From the human T2T-CHM13v2.0 reference genome, Homo sapiens: DNA of 64,000 bases. The translations under genes and the position numbers were made by a program. Below the pieces are notes generated by a model. That model was not told the DNA's origin. It ran no database searches and saw only the letters and a list, made by a program, of their open reading frames with translations. Shown here piece by piece: positions 14,222-27,300 of the stretch (position 1 is the stretch's first letter; each line of letters opens with the position of its first letter). Location of the stretch: the NCBI RefSeq assembly GCF_009914755.1, contig NC_060939.1. One strand, given 5' to 3'.

Positions 14222-15980
14222 GGTACCATTCCATATTGTTCCATTCGATTCCATTCGAATCCATTCCATTCCAGTCCATTCCATTCGATTCCGTTCCATT
14301 CGAATCGATTGCATTGCAATGCATTACATTCGAGTCCGTTTTATTCCAGTCCAATCCATTCCGGTCCATTCCGTTCGATTCCATTCCATTCGATGCCACT
14401 CCATACTATTGTATTTCATTTGATTCCATTCTATTCAAATAAATTCCATTCGAGACCATTCCTTTCATGTCCATTCTATTTGAGTCCATTCCATTCGAGT
14501 CCATTATATTTGGGTCCATTCCGTTCAATTCCATTGCAATCGATTCCATTCGATGTCACTCCATTCATTTCTATTCCATTAGAGTCCATGTCATTCGAGT
14601 CCATTCCATTCTATTCTATTCCACTCCATTCCATTCCATTCCACTCCATTCCATTCGTTGCCGTTCCATTCAATTCTATTATATTCCACTCCATTTAATT
14701 CCATTCCATTCCATTCCATTCTATTCCATTCTGTCCAATACCGTTCCATTCTATTCCTTTAAAGTCCATTCCATTCCATTCCATTCGTTTCCATTCCATT
14801 CGAGTAAAGTCCACTCCAGTCCTTTCCATTCGAGTCCATTCCTCTCCAGTCCATTCCGTTCAATCCATTCCATTCCAGTCCATTCCATTCGAGTCCGTTC
14901 CATTCCAGTCCATTCCATTCGAGTCAATTCCATTCCATTCGATATCTTTCCATAACGATCCATTCCATTCTATTCCTGTCGATTCCATTCAATTCCATTC
15001 CATTCTATTTCATTCCATTCGATTCCCTTCCATTGGACTCCTTTCCATTCGAGTGCATTCCATTCCGTTCCATTTCTTTCTGTTCTGTATGATTCCTACC
15101 GTTCGATTTCATTTTGTTCCAGTCTATTCCTTTCACGTCCATTCCATTCCATTTCACTCCATTCGATTCCATTCCACTCGATTCCCCTCCGTTCCATTTC
15201 ATTGCATTCCATTCTATTCAATTCTATTGCATTCCATTCCATTCCATTTGATTACATTCCATGCGATTCCATTCGAATTCGAATCAATTACATTGAAATC
15301 CATTACTATTGAGTCCGTTTTACTCCAGTCCACTCCATTCTGCTCCATTCCATTTGATTCCATTCCATTCTATTCCATTCCCTACAGTTGCATTCCATTG
15401 GAGTCCATTCTATATCTATAAATGCAACTCGAGACCATTGCTTTTGAGTCCATTCTATATGATTCCATTCCATTCAAGTCCATTACATTTGGTTCAATTC
15501 CATTCCATTCCATTCCCTTCCATTCCATTCCATTTGATATCAATCCATTCGATTCCATTCCATTCGAGCACATTCCAATCGAGTCCATTCCATTCGATGC
15601 CATTCCATTTGATTCTATTCCATTAGACTCCATTCAATTCCATTAATCTCCATTCCATTCCATTCTACTCCAACTGATTCCATTCCATTCTATTCCTTTC
15701 CATTCCATTCCATTCCATTCGCTTCCATTCCATTCGTTTCCATTCCACTCCAGTCCATTCCATTCGTGTCCATTCCATTCCAGTCCATTCCATTTGTGTC
15801 CACTGCATTCCATTCCACTCCATTCCATATTATTCCATTACACTCCATTCCATTCTATTACTTTCATTTCCATTCAGTTCCATTCCATTTGATTCCATTC
15901 CACTCGGTTTCACTCCATTTGAGTCCATTCCATTCCATTCCATTCCATTCTGTTCCATTCCATTCCATTCCATTCCATTC
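14222..15980 (+). repeat. Deleted unit (1759 bp), junction at ~14275-14292
   Basis: The sequence jumps from unit-1-equivalent ~409 to ~2107 across the shared 18-mer TCCATTCCATTCGATTCC. Confidence 0.9.
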
Positions 15981-18900
15981 GGTACCATTCCATATTGTTC
16001 CATTCGATTCCATTCGAATCCATTCCATTCCAGTCCATTCCATTCGATTCCATTCCATTCCTTTCAATTCCATTCCATTCCATTCGATTCCACTTGATTC
16101 CACTCCATTCCCTTCCACTGCATTCCATTCGATTCCATTCCATTGCATTGCATTCCATTCCATTGGATTGCTTTCCATTCGATTCCATTCCATTCGAATC
16201 AATTACATAGCAATCCATTACATTCGAGTCTGTTCTATTCCGTTGCACTCGATTTCGTTCCAATCCATTCGATTCCATTCCATTCGATTCCATTCCATAC
16301 TATTGCATTCCATTCGATTAAGTTATATTCGAATAAACTCCATTCAAGACCATGTCTGTTGAGTCCATTCTACTTGAGTCCATTCCCTTTGATTCCATAA
16401 CATTTGAGTCCATTCAATTCCATTCCTTTCGTTTCCATTCCATTTGATGCCATTCCATTCAATTCTGTTCTACTCGACCCCAATACATTCAATTCCATTC
16501 CATCCGATTCCATTACATTCTTTTCATTTCTTATCCATTTCAAGCCATTCCATTCCATTCCATTCCACTCGTTTCCTTTCCATTCGAGTCCATTCCACTC
16601 CAGTCCATTCCATTCGAATCCATTTCACTCCAGTCCATTCCATTCGAATCCGTTTCACTCCAGTCCATTAAATTCGAGTACATTCCATTCCATTCTATTC
16701 AATGCCATTCCATTCGATTCTATTCCATTCGACACCATTCCTTTCCATTCCGTTCCATCCGATTCCATTCCATTGCATTCCATTCGTTTCCATTCCATTC
16801 GAATTCATTCCACTCAAGTCCATTCCATTCGAGTCCATTCCATTCGATATCATTCCATACTATTGCATTCCATTCGATTCCATTGTTTTCGAATAAATTC
16901 CAACCGAGACCATTCCTTTTGTGTCCTTTCTATTTGACTGCATTCCATTTGAGTCCATTAAATTTATGCACATTACATTCCTTTCCATTCCATTCCATTC
17001 CATTCCTTTCGGTGCCATTCCATTCCACTCTACTCCATTCAAGTCCATTCCATTTGAGTCCATTCCATTGATTCGATGCCATTACATTCAATTCTATTCC
17101 ATTCGAATCCATTCCATTCCATTTCCTTCCAAACGATTCCATTCCATTCTATTACTTTCTATTCCAATCCATTCCATTCCGTTCCATTCGTTTCCAATCC
17201 ATTCGAGTCCACTCCATTCCAGTCCATTCCATTCGATTCCATTCCATTCCAGTCCATTCCATTCAAGTCCATTCCACGGCATTCCATTCCATTCGATATA
17301 TTTTGATAACACCCCATTCCATTCTGCTCCTTACAATTCAATTCAATTCCAGTCCAGTTGATTCCATTCCATTTGATTACATTCCATTCGACTCCATTCC
17401 ATTCGACTCTATTCCATTCGAGTCCATTCCATTCCATTCCATTGCATTCCGTTCGAATCCCTATTCCATTCCATTTTGTTACTGTCCATTCCATTTGAGT
17501 CCATTCCATGCCAAACCATTCCATTCGATTCCATTCCAATAGATTCCATTGCACTCGAATCCAGTGCGTTCCATTCCATTGCTTTCCATTCTATTACATT
17601 CCATTGCATTACATTCCATTCCATTTGATTGCATTCCATTCAATTCCATTAATTTCGAATCAATTACATTGCAATCCATTGCATTAGAGTTCTATTCCAG
17701 TCCATTGCATTCTGGCGCATTCCGTTCCATTCCATTCCATTCGATTCCGTTCCATTCGAATCGATTGCATTGCAATGCTTTACATTCGAGTCCGTTTTAT
17801 TCCAGTCCAATCCATTCCGGTCCATTCCGTTCGATTCCATTCCATTCGATGCCACTCCGTACTATTGTATTTCATTCGATTCCATTCTATTCAAATAAAT
17901 TCCATTCGAGACCATTCCTTTCATGTCCATTCTATTTGAGTCCATTCCATTCGAGTCCATTATATTTGGGCCCATTCCATTCAATTCCATTGCAATCGAT
18001 TCCATTCGATGTCACTCCATTCATTTCTATTCCATTAGAGTCCATGTCATTCGAGTCCATTCCATTCTATTCTATTCCACTCCATTCCATTCCATTCCAC
18101 TCCATTCCATTCGTTGCCGTTCCATTCAATTCTATTATATTCCACTCCATTTAATTCCATTCCATTCCATTCCATTCTATTCCATTCTATCCAATTCCGT
18201 TCCATTCTATTCCTTTAAAGTCCATTCCATTCCATTCCATTCGTTTCCATTCCATTCGAGTAAAGTCCACTCCAGTACTTTCCATTCGAGTCCATTCCTC
18301 TCCAGTCCATTCCGTTCAATCCATTCCATTCCAGTCCATTCCATTCGAGTCCGTTCCATTCCAGTCCATTCCATTCGAGTCAATTCCATTCCATTCGATA
18401 TCTTTCCATAACGATCCATTCCAATCTATACTTTTCGATTCCATTCAATTCCATTCCATTCTATTTCATTCCATTCGATTCCCTTCCATTGGACTCCTTT
18501 CCATTCGAGTGCATTCCATTCCGTTCCATTTCTTTCTGTTCTGTATGATTCCTACCGTTCGATTTCATTTTGTTCCAGTCTATTCCTTTCAAGTCCATTC
18601 CATTCCATTTCACTCCATTCGATTCCATTCCACTCGATTCCACTCCGTTCCATTTCATTGCATTCCATTCTATTCCATTCCATTGCATTCCATTGCATTC
18701 CATTCGTTTCCATTCCATTCGAATTCATTCCACTCAAGTCCATTCCATTCGAGTCCATTCCTTTCGATATCATTCCATACTATTGCATTCCATTCGATTC
18801 CATTGTTTTCGAATAAATTCCAACCGAGACCATTCCTTTTGTGTCCATTCTATTTGACTGCATTCCATTTGAGTCCATTAAATTTCTGCACATTCCATTC

Positions 18901-21346
18901 CTTTCCATTCCATTCCATTCCATTCCTTTCGGTGCCATTCCATTCCACTCTACTCCATTCAAGTCCATTCCATTTGAGTCCATTCCATTGATTCGATGCC
19001 ATTACATTCAATTCTATTCCATTCGAATCCATTCCATTCCATTTCCTTCCAAACGATTCCATTCCATTCTATTACTTTCTATTCCAATCCATTCCATTCC
19101 GTTCCATTCGTTTCCATTCCATTCGAGTCCACTCCATTCCAGTCCATTCCATTCGATTCCATTCCATTCCAGTCCATTCCATTCAAGTCCATTCCACTCC
19201 ATTCCATTCCATTCGATATCTTTTGATAACACCCCATTCCATTCTGCTCCTTACAATTCAATTCAATTCCAGTCCATTTCATTCCATTCCATTTGATTAC
19301 ATTCCATTCGACTCCATTCCATTCGACTCTATTCCATTCGAGTCCATTCCATTCCATTCCATTGCATTCCTTTCGAATCCCTATTCCATTCCATTTTGTT
19401 ACTGTCCATTCCATTTGAGTCCATTCCATGCCAAACCATTCCATTCGATTCCATTCCAATAGATTCCATTGCACTCGAATCCAGTGCGTTCCATTCCATT
19501 GCTTTCCATTCTATTACATTCCATTGCATTACATTCCATTCCATTTGATTGCATTCCATTCAATTCCATTAATTTCGAATCAATTACATTGCAATCCATT
19601 GCATTCGAGTTCTATTCCAGTCCATTGCATTCCGGCGCATTCCGTTCCATTCCATTCCATTCGATTCCGTTCCATTCGAATCGATTGCATTGCAATGCAT
19701 TACATTCGAGTCCGTTTTATTCCAGTCCAATCCATTCCGGTCCATTCCGTTCGATTCCATTCCATTCGATGCCACTCCATACTATTGTATTTCATTCGAT
19801 TCCATTCTATTCAAATAAATTCCATTCGAGACCATTCCTTTCATGTCCATTCTATTTGAGTCCATTCCATTCGAGTCCATTATATTTGGGTCCATTCCAT
19901 TCAATTCCATTGCAATCCATTCCATTCGATGTCACTCCATTCATTTCTATTCCATTAGAATCCATGTCATTCGAGTCCATTCCATTCTATTCTATTCCAC
20001 TCCATTCCATTCCATTCCACTCCATTCCATTCATTGCCGTTCCATTCAATTCTATTATATTCCACTCCATTTAATTCCATTCCATTCCATTCCATTCCAT
20101 TCTATCCAATTCCGTTCCATTCTATTCCTTTAAAGTCCATTCCATTCCATTCCATTCGTTTCCATTCCATTCTAGTAAAGTCCACTCCAGTCCTTTCCAT
20201 TCGAGTCCAGTCCTCTCCAGTCCATTCCGTTCAATCCATTCCATTCCAGTCCATTCCATTCGAGTCCGTTCCATTCCAGTCCATTCCATTCGAGTCAATT
20301 CCATTCCATTCGATATCTTTCCATAACGATCCATTCCATTCTATTCCTTTCGATTCCATTCAATTCCATTCCATTCTATTTCATTCCATTCGATTCCCTT
20401 CCATTGGACTCCTTTCCATTCGAGTGCATTCCATTCCGTTCCATTTCTTTCTGTTCTGTATGATTCCTACCGTTCGATTTCATTTTGTTCCAGTCTATTC
20501 CTTTCAAGTCCATTCCATTCCATTTCACTCCATTCGATTCCATTCCACTCGATTCCACTCGGTTCCATTTCATTGCATTCCATTGTATTCAATTCTATTG
20601 CATTCCATTCCATTCCATTTGATTACATTCCATCCGATTCCATTCGAATTCCAATCAATTACATTGCAATCCATTACTATTGAGTCCGTTTTATTCCAGT
20701 CCACTCCATTCTGGTCCATTCCATTTGATTCCATTCCATTCTATTCCATTCCGTACAGTTGCATTCCATTGGATTCCATTCTATATCTATAAATGCAACT
20801 CGAGACCATTGCTTTTGAGTCCATTCTATATGATTCCATTCCATTCAAGTCCATTATATTTGGTTCAATTCCATTCCATTCCATTCCCTTCCATTCCATT
20901 CCATTTGATATCAATCCATTCGATTCCATTCCATTCGAGCACATTCCATTCGAGTCCATTCCATTCGATGCCATTCCATTTCATTCTATTCCATAAGTCT
21001 CCATTCAATTCCATTAATCTCCATTCCATTCCATTCTACTCCAACTGATTCCATTCCATTCTATTCCTTTCCATTACATTCGCTTCTATTCCATTCGTGT
21101 CCATTCCACTCCAGTCCATTCCATTCGTGTGCATTCCATTCCAGTCCATTCCATTTGTGTCCACTGCATTCCATTCCACTCCATTCCATATTATTCCATT
21201 ACACTCCATTCCATTCTATTACTTTCATTTCCATTCAGTTCCATTACATTTGATTCCATTCCACTCGGTTTCACTCCATTTGAGTCCATTCCATTCCATT
21301 CCATTCCATTCTGTTCCATTCCATTCCATTCCATTCCATTCCATTC
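15981..21346 (+). repeat. Expanded unit (5366 bp) with an internal ~1.92-kb tandem duplication, junction ~18670-18690
   Basis: After ...CATTTCATTGCATTCCATTCTATTC (unit-1 equivalent ~3028) the sequence returns to ...CATTCGTTTCCATTCCATTCGAATTCATTCCACTCAAG (equivalent ~1125-1175). ORF echoes at 16860/18780 and 17664/19584 are both offset by 1920. Confidence 0.9.
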
Positions 21347-24300
21347 GGTACCATTCCATATTGTTCCATTCGATTCCATTCGAATCCATTCCATTCCAGT
21401 CCATTCCATTCGATTCCATTCCATTCCTTTCAATTCCATTCCATTCCATTCGATTCCACTTGATTCCACTCCATTCCCTTCCACTGCATTCCATTCGATT
21501 CCATTCCATTGCATTGCATTCCATTCCATTGGATTGCATTCCATTCGATTCCATTCCATTCGAATCAATTACATAGCAATCCATTACATTCGAGTCTGTT
21601 CTATTCCGTTGCACTCGATTTCGTTCCAATCCATTCGATTCCATTCCATTCGATTCCATTCCATACTATTGCATTCCATTCGATTAAATTATATTCGAAT
21701 AAATTCCATTCAAGACCATTTCTGTTGAGTCCATTCTACGTGAGTCCATTCCCTTTGATTCCATAACATTTGAGTCCATTCAATTCCATTCCTTTCGTTT
21801 CCATTCCATTTGATGCCATTCCATTCAATTCTGTTCTACTCGACTCCAATACATTCAATTCCATTCCAACCGATTCCATTACATTCTTTTCATTTCTTAT
21901 CCATTTCAAGCCATTCCATTCCATTCCATTCCACTCGTTTCCTTTCCATTCGAGTCCATTCCACTCCAGTCCATTCCATTCGAATCCATTTCACTCCAGT
22001 CCATTCCATTCGAATCCGTTTCACTCCAGTCCATTAAATTCGAGTACATTCCATTCCATTCTATTCAATGCCATTCCATTCGATTCTATTCCATTCGACA
22101 CCATTCCTTTCCATTCCGTTCCATCCGATTCCATTCCATTGTATTCCATTCAATTCCATTCCATTGCATTCCATTCGTTTCCATTCCATTCGAATTCATT
22201 CCACTCAAGTCCATTCCATTCGAGTCCATTCCATTCGATATCATTCCATACTATTGCATTCCATTCGATTCCATTGTTTTCGAATAAATTCCAACCGAGA
22301 CCATTCCTTTTGTGTCCTTTCTATTTGACTGCATTCCATTTGAGTCCATTAAATTTCTGCACATTCCATTCCTTTCCATTCCATTCCATTCCATTCCTTT
22401 CGGTGCCATTCCATTCCACTCTACTCCACTCAAGTGCATTCCATTTGAGTCCATTCCATTGATTCGATGCCATTACATTCAATTCTATTCCATTCGAATC
22501 CATTCCATTCCATTTCCTTCCAAACGATTCCATTCCATTCTATTACTTTCTATTCCAATCCATTCCATTCCGTTCCATTCGTTTCCAATCCATTCGAGTC
22601 CACTCCATTCCAGTCCATTCCATTCGATTCCATTCCATTCCAGTCCATTCCATTCAAGTCCATTCCACGGCATTCCATTCCATTCGATATATTTTGATAA
22701 CACCCCATTCCATTCTGCTCCTTACAATTCAATTCAATTCCAGTCCATTTGATTCCATTCCATTTGATTACATTCCATTCGACTCCATTCCATTCGACTC
22801 TATTCCATTCGAGTCCATTCCATTCCATTCCATTGCATTCCGTTCGAATCCCTATTCCATTCCATTTTGTTACTGTCCATTCCATTTGAGTCCATTCCAT
22901 GCCAAACCATTCCATTCGATTCTATTCCAATAGATTCCATTGCACTCGAATCCAGTGCGTTCCATTCCATTGCTTTCCATTCTATTACATTCCATTGCAT
23001 TACATTCCATTCCATTTGATTGCATTCCATTCAATTCCATTAATTTCGAATCAATTACATTGCAATCCATTGCATTAGAGTTCTATTCCAGTCCATTGGA
23101 TTCTGGCGCATTCCGTTCCATTCCATTCCATTAGATTCCGTTCCATTCGAATCGATTGCATTGCAATGCTTTACATTCGAGTCCGTTTTATTCCAGTCCA
23201 ATCCATTCCGGTCCATTCCGTTCGATTCCATTCTATTCGATGCCACTCCGTACTATTGTATTTCATTCGATTCCATTCTATTCAAATAAATTCCATTCGA
23301 GACCATTCCTTTCATGTCCATTCTATTTGAGTCCATTCCATTCGAGTCCATTATATTTGGGTCCATTCCATTCAATTCCATTGCAATCGATTCCATTCGA
23401 TGTCACTCCATTCATTTCTATTCCATTAGAGTCCATGTCATTCGAGTCCATTCCATTCTATTCTATTCCACTCCATTCCATTCCATTCCACTCCATTCCA
23501 TTCGTTGCCGTTCCATTCAATTCTATTATATTCCCCTCCATTTAATTCCATTCCATTCCATTCCATTCTATTCCATTCTATCCAATTCCGTTCCATTCTA
23601 TTCCTTTAAAGTCCATTCCATTCCGTTCCTTTCGTTTCCATTCCATTCGAGTAAAGTCCACTCCAGTACTTTCCATTCGAGTCCATTCCTCTCCAGTCCA
23701 TTCCGTTCAATCCATTCCATTCCAGTCCATTCCATTCGAGTCCGTTCCATTCCAGTCCATTCCATTCGAGTCAATTCCATTCCATTCGATATCTTTCCAT
23801 AACGATCCATTCCATTCTATTCCTTTCGATTCCATTCAATTCCATTCCATTCTATTTCATTCCATTCGATTCCCTTCCATTGGACTCCTTTCCATTCGAG
23901 TGCATTCCATTCCGTTCCATTTCTTTCTGTTCTGTATGATTCCTACCATTCGATTTCATTTTGTTCCAGTCTATTCCTTTCACGTCCATTCCATTCCATT
24001 TCACTCCATTCGATTCCATTCCACTCGATTCCCCTCCGTTCCATTTCATTGCATTCCATTCTATTCAATTCTATTGCATTCCATTCCATTCCATTTGATT
24101 ACATTCCATGCGATTCCATTCGAATTCGAATCAATTACATTGAAATCCATTACTATTGAGTCCGTTTTACTCCAGTCCACTCCATTCTGCTCCATTCCAT
24201 TTGATTCCATTCCATTCTATTCCATTCCGTACAGTTGCATTCCATTGGATTCCATTCTATATCTATAAATGCAACTCGAGACCATTGCTTTTGAGTCCAT

Positions 24301-27300
24301 TCTATATGATTCCATTCCATTCAAGTCCATTACATTTGGTTCAATTCCATTCCATTCCATTCCCTTCCATTCCATTCCATTTGATATCAATCCATTCGAT
24401 TCCATTCCATTCGAGCACATTCCAATCGAGTCCATTCCATTCGATGCCATTCCATTTGATTCTATTCCATTAGACTCCATTCAATTCCATTAATCTCCAT
24501 TCCATTCCATTCTACTCCAACTGATTCCATTCCATTCTATTCCTTTCCATTCCATGCCATTCCATTCGCTTCTATTCCATTCGTGTCCATTCCACTCCAG
24601 TCCATTCCATTCGTGTGCATTCCATTCCAGTCCATTCCATTTGTGTCCACTGCATTCCATTCCACTCCATTCCATATTATTCCATTACACTCCATTCCAT
24701 TCTATTACTTTCATTTCCATTCAGTTCCATTCCATTTGATTCCATTCCACTCGGTTTCACTCCATTTGAGTCCATTCCATTCCATTCCATTCCATTCTGT
24801 TCCATTCCATTCCATTCCATTCCATTCCATTCCATTCCATTCGGTACCATTCCATATTGTTCCATTCGATTCCATTCGAATCCATTCCATTCCAGTCCAT
24901 TCCATTCGATTCCATTCCATTCCTTTCAATTCCATTCCATTCCATTCGATTCCACTTGATTCCACTCCATTCCCTTCCACTGCATTCCATTCGATTCCAT
25001 TCCATTGCATTGCATTCCATTCCATTGGATTGCATTCCATTCGATTCCATTCCATTCGAATCAATTACATAGCAATCCATTACATTCGAGTCTGTTCTAT
25101 TCCGTTGCACTCGATTTCGTTCCAATCCATTCGATTCCATTCCATTCGATTCCATTCCATACTATTGCATTCCATTCGATTAAATTATATTCGAATAAAT
25201 TCCATTCAAGACCATTTCTGTTGAGTCCATTCTACTTGAGTCCATTCCCTTTGATTCCATAACATTTGAGTCCATTCAATTCCATTCCTTTCGTTTCCAT
25301 TCCATTTGATGCCATTCCATTCAATTCTGTTCTACTCGACTCCAATACATTCAATTCCATTCCAACCGATTCCATTACATTCTTTTCATTTCTTATCCAT
25401 TTCAAGCCATTCCATTCCATTCCATTCCACTCGTTTCCTTTCCATTCGAGTCCATTCCACTCCAGTCCATTCCATTCGAATCCATTTCACTCCAGTCCAT
25501 TCCATTCGAATCCGTTTCACTCCAGTCCATTAAATTCGAGTACATTCCATTCCATTCTATTCAATGCCATTCCATTCGATTCTATTCCATTCGACACCAT
25601 TCCTTTCCATTCCGTTCCATCCGATTCCATTCCATTGTATTCCATTCAATTGCATTCCATTCGTTTCCATTCCATTCGATTTCATTCCACTCAAGTCCAT
25701 TCCATTCGAGTCCATTCCATTCGATATCATTCCATACTATTGCATTCCATTCGATTCCATTGTTTTCGAATAAATTCCAACCGAGACCATTCCTTTTGTG
25801 TCCTTTCTATTTGACTGCATTCCATTTGAGTCCATTAAATTTCTGCACATTCCATTCCTTTCCATTCCTTTCCATTCCATTCCTTTCGGTGCCATTCCAT
25901 TCCACTCTACTCCATTCAAGTCCATTCCATTTGAGTCCATTCCATTGATTCGATGCCATTACATTCAATTCTATTTCATTCGAATCCATTCCATTCCATT
26001 TCCTTCCAAACGATTCCATTCCATTCTATTACTTTCTATTCCAATCCATTCCATTTCGTTCCATTCGTTTCCATTCCATTCGAGTCCACTCCATTCCAGT
26101 CCATTCCATTCGATTCCATTCCATTCCAGTCCATTCCATTCAAGTCCATTCCACTCCATTCCATTCCATTCGATATCTTTTGATAACACCCCATTCCATT
26201 CTGCTCCTTACAATTCAATTCAATTCCAGTCCATTTGATTCCATTCCATTTGATTACATTCCATTCGACTCCATTCCATTCGACTCTATTCCATTCGAGT
26301 CCATTCCATTCCATTCCATTGCATTCCGTTCGAATCCCTATTCCATTCCATTTTGTTACTGTCCATTCCATTTGAGTCCATTCCATGCCAAACCATTCCA
26401 TTCGATTCCATTCCAATAGATTCCATTGCACTCGAATCCAGTGCGTTCCATTCCATTGCTTTCCATTCCATTACATTCCATTGCATTACATTCCATTCCA
26501 TTTGATTGCATTCCATTCAATTCCATTAATTTCGAATCAATTACATTGCAATCCATTGCATTCGAGTTCTATTCCAGTCCATTGCATTCCGGCGCATTCC
26601 GTTCCATTCCATTCCATTCGATTCCGTTCCATTCGAATCGATTGCATTGCAATGCATTACATTCGAGTCCGTTTTATTCCAGTCCAATCCATTCCGGTCC
26701 ATTCCGTTCGATTCCATTCCATTCGATGCCACTCCATACTATTGTATTTCATTCGATTCCATTCTATTCAAATAAATTCCATTCGAGACCATTCCTTTCA
26801 TGTCCATTCTATTTGAGTCCATTCCATTCGAGTCCATTATATTTGGGTCCATTCCGTTCAATTCCATTGCAATCGATTCCATTCGATGTCACTCCATTCA
26901 TTTCTATTCCATTAGAGTCCATGTCATTCGAGTCCATTCCATTCTATTCTATTCCACTCCATTCCATTCCATTCCATTCCATTCCATTCGTTGCCGTTCC
27001 ATTCAATTCTATTATATTCCACTCCATTTAATTCCATTCCATTCCATTCCATTCCATTCTATTCCATTCTATCCAATTCCGTTCCATTCTATTCCTTTAA
27101 AGTCCATTCCATTCCATTCCATTCGTTTCCATTCCATTCGAGTAAAGTCCACTCCAGTCCTTTCCATTCGAGTCCATTCCTCTCCAGTCCATTCCGTTCA
27201 ATCCATTCCATTCCAGTCCATTCCATTCGAGTCCGTTCCATTCCAGTCCATTCCATTCGAGTCAATTCCATTCCATTCGATATCTTTCCATAACGATCCA

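Noticed and set aside
14222-21346. Adjacent 1.7-kb deletion and 1.92-kb duplication as reciprocal products of one crossover
   Set aside because: The breakpoints differ (about 400/2100 vs about 1125/3030 in unit coordinates), so they are independent events.
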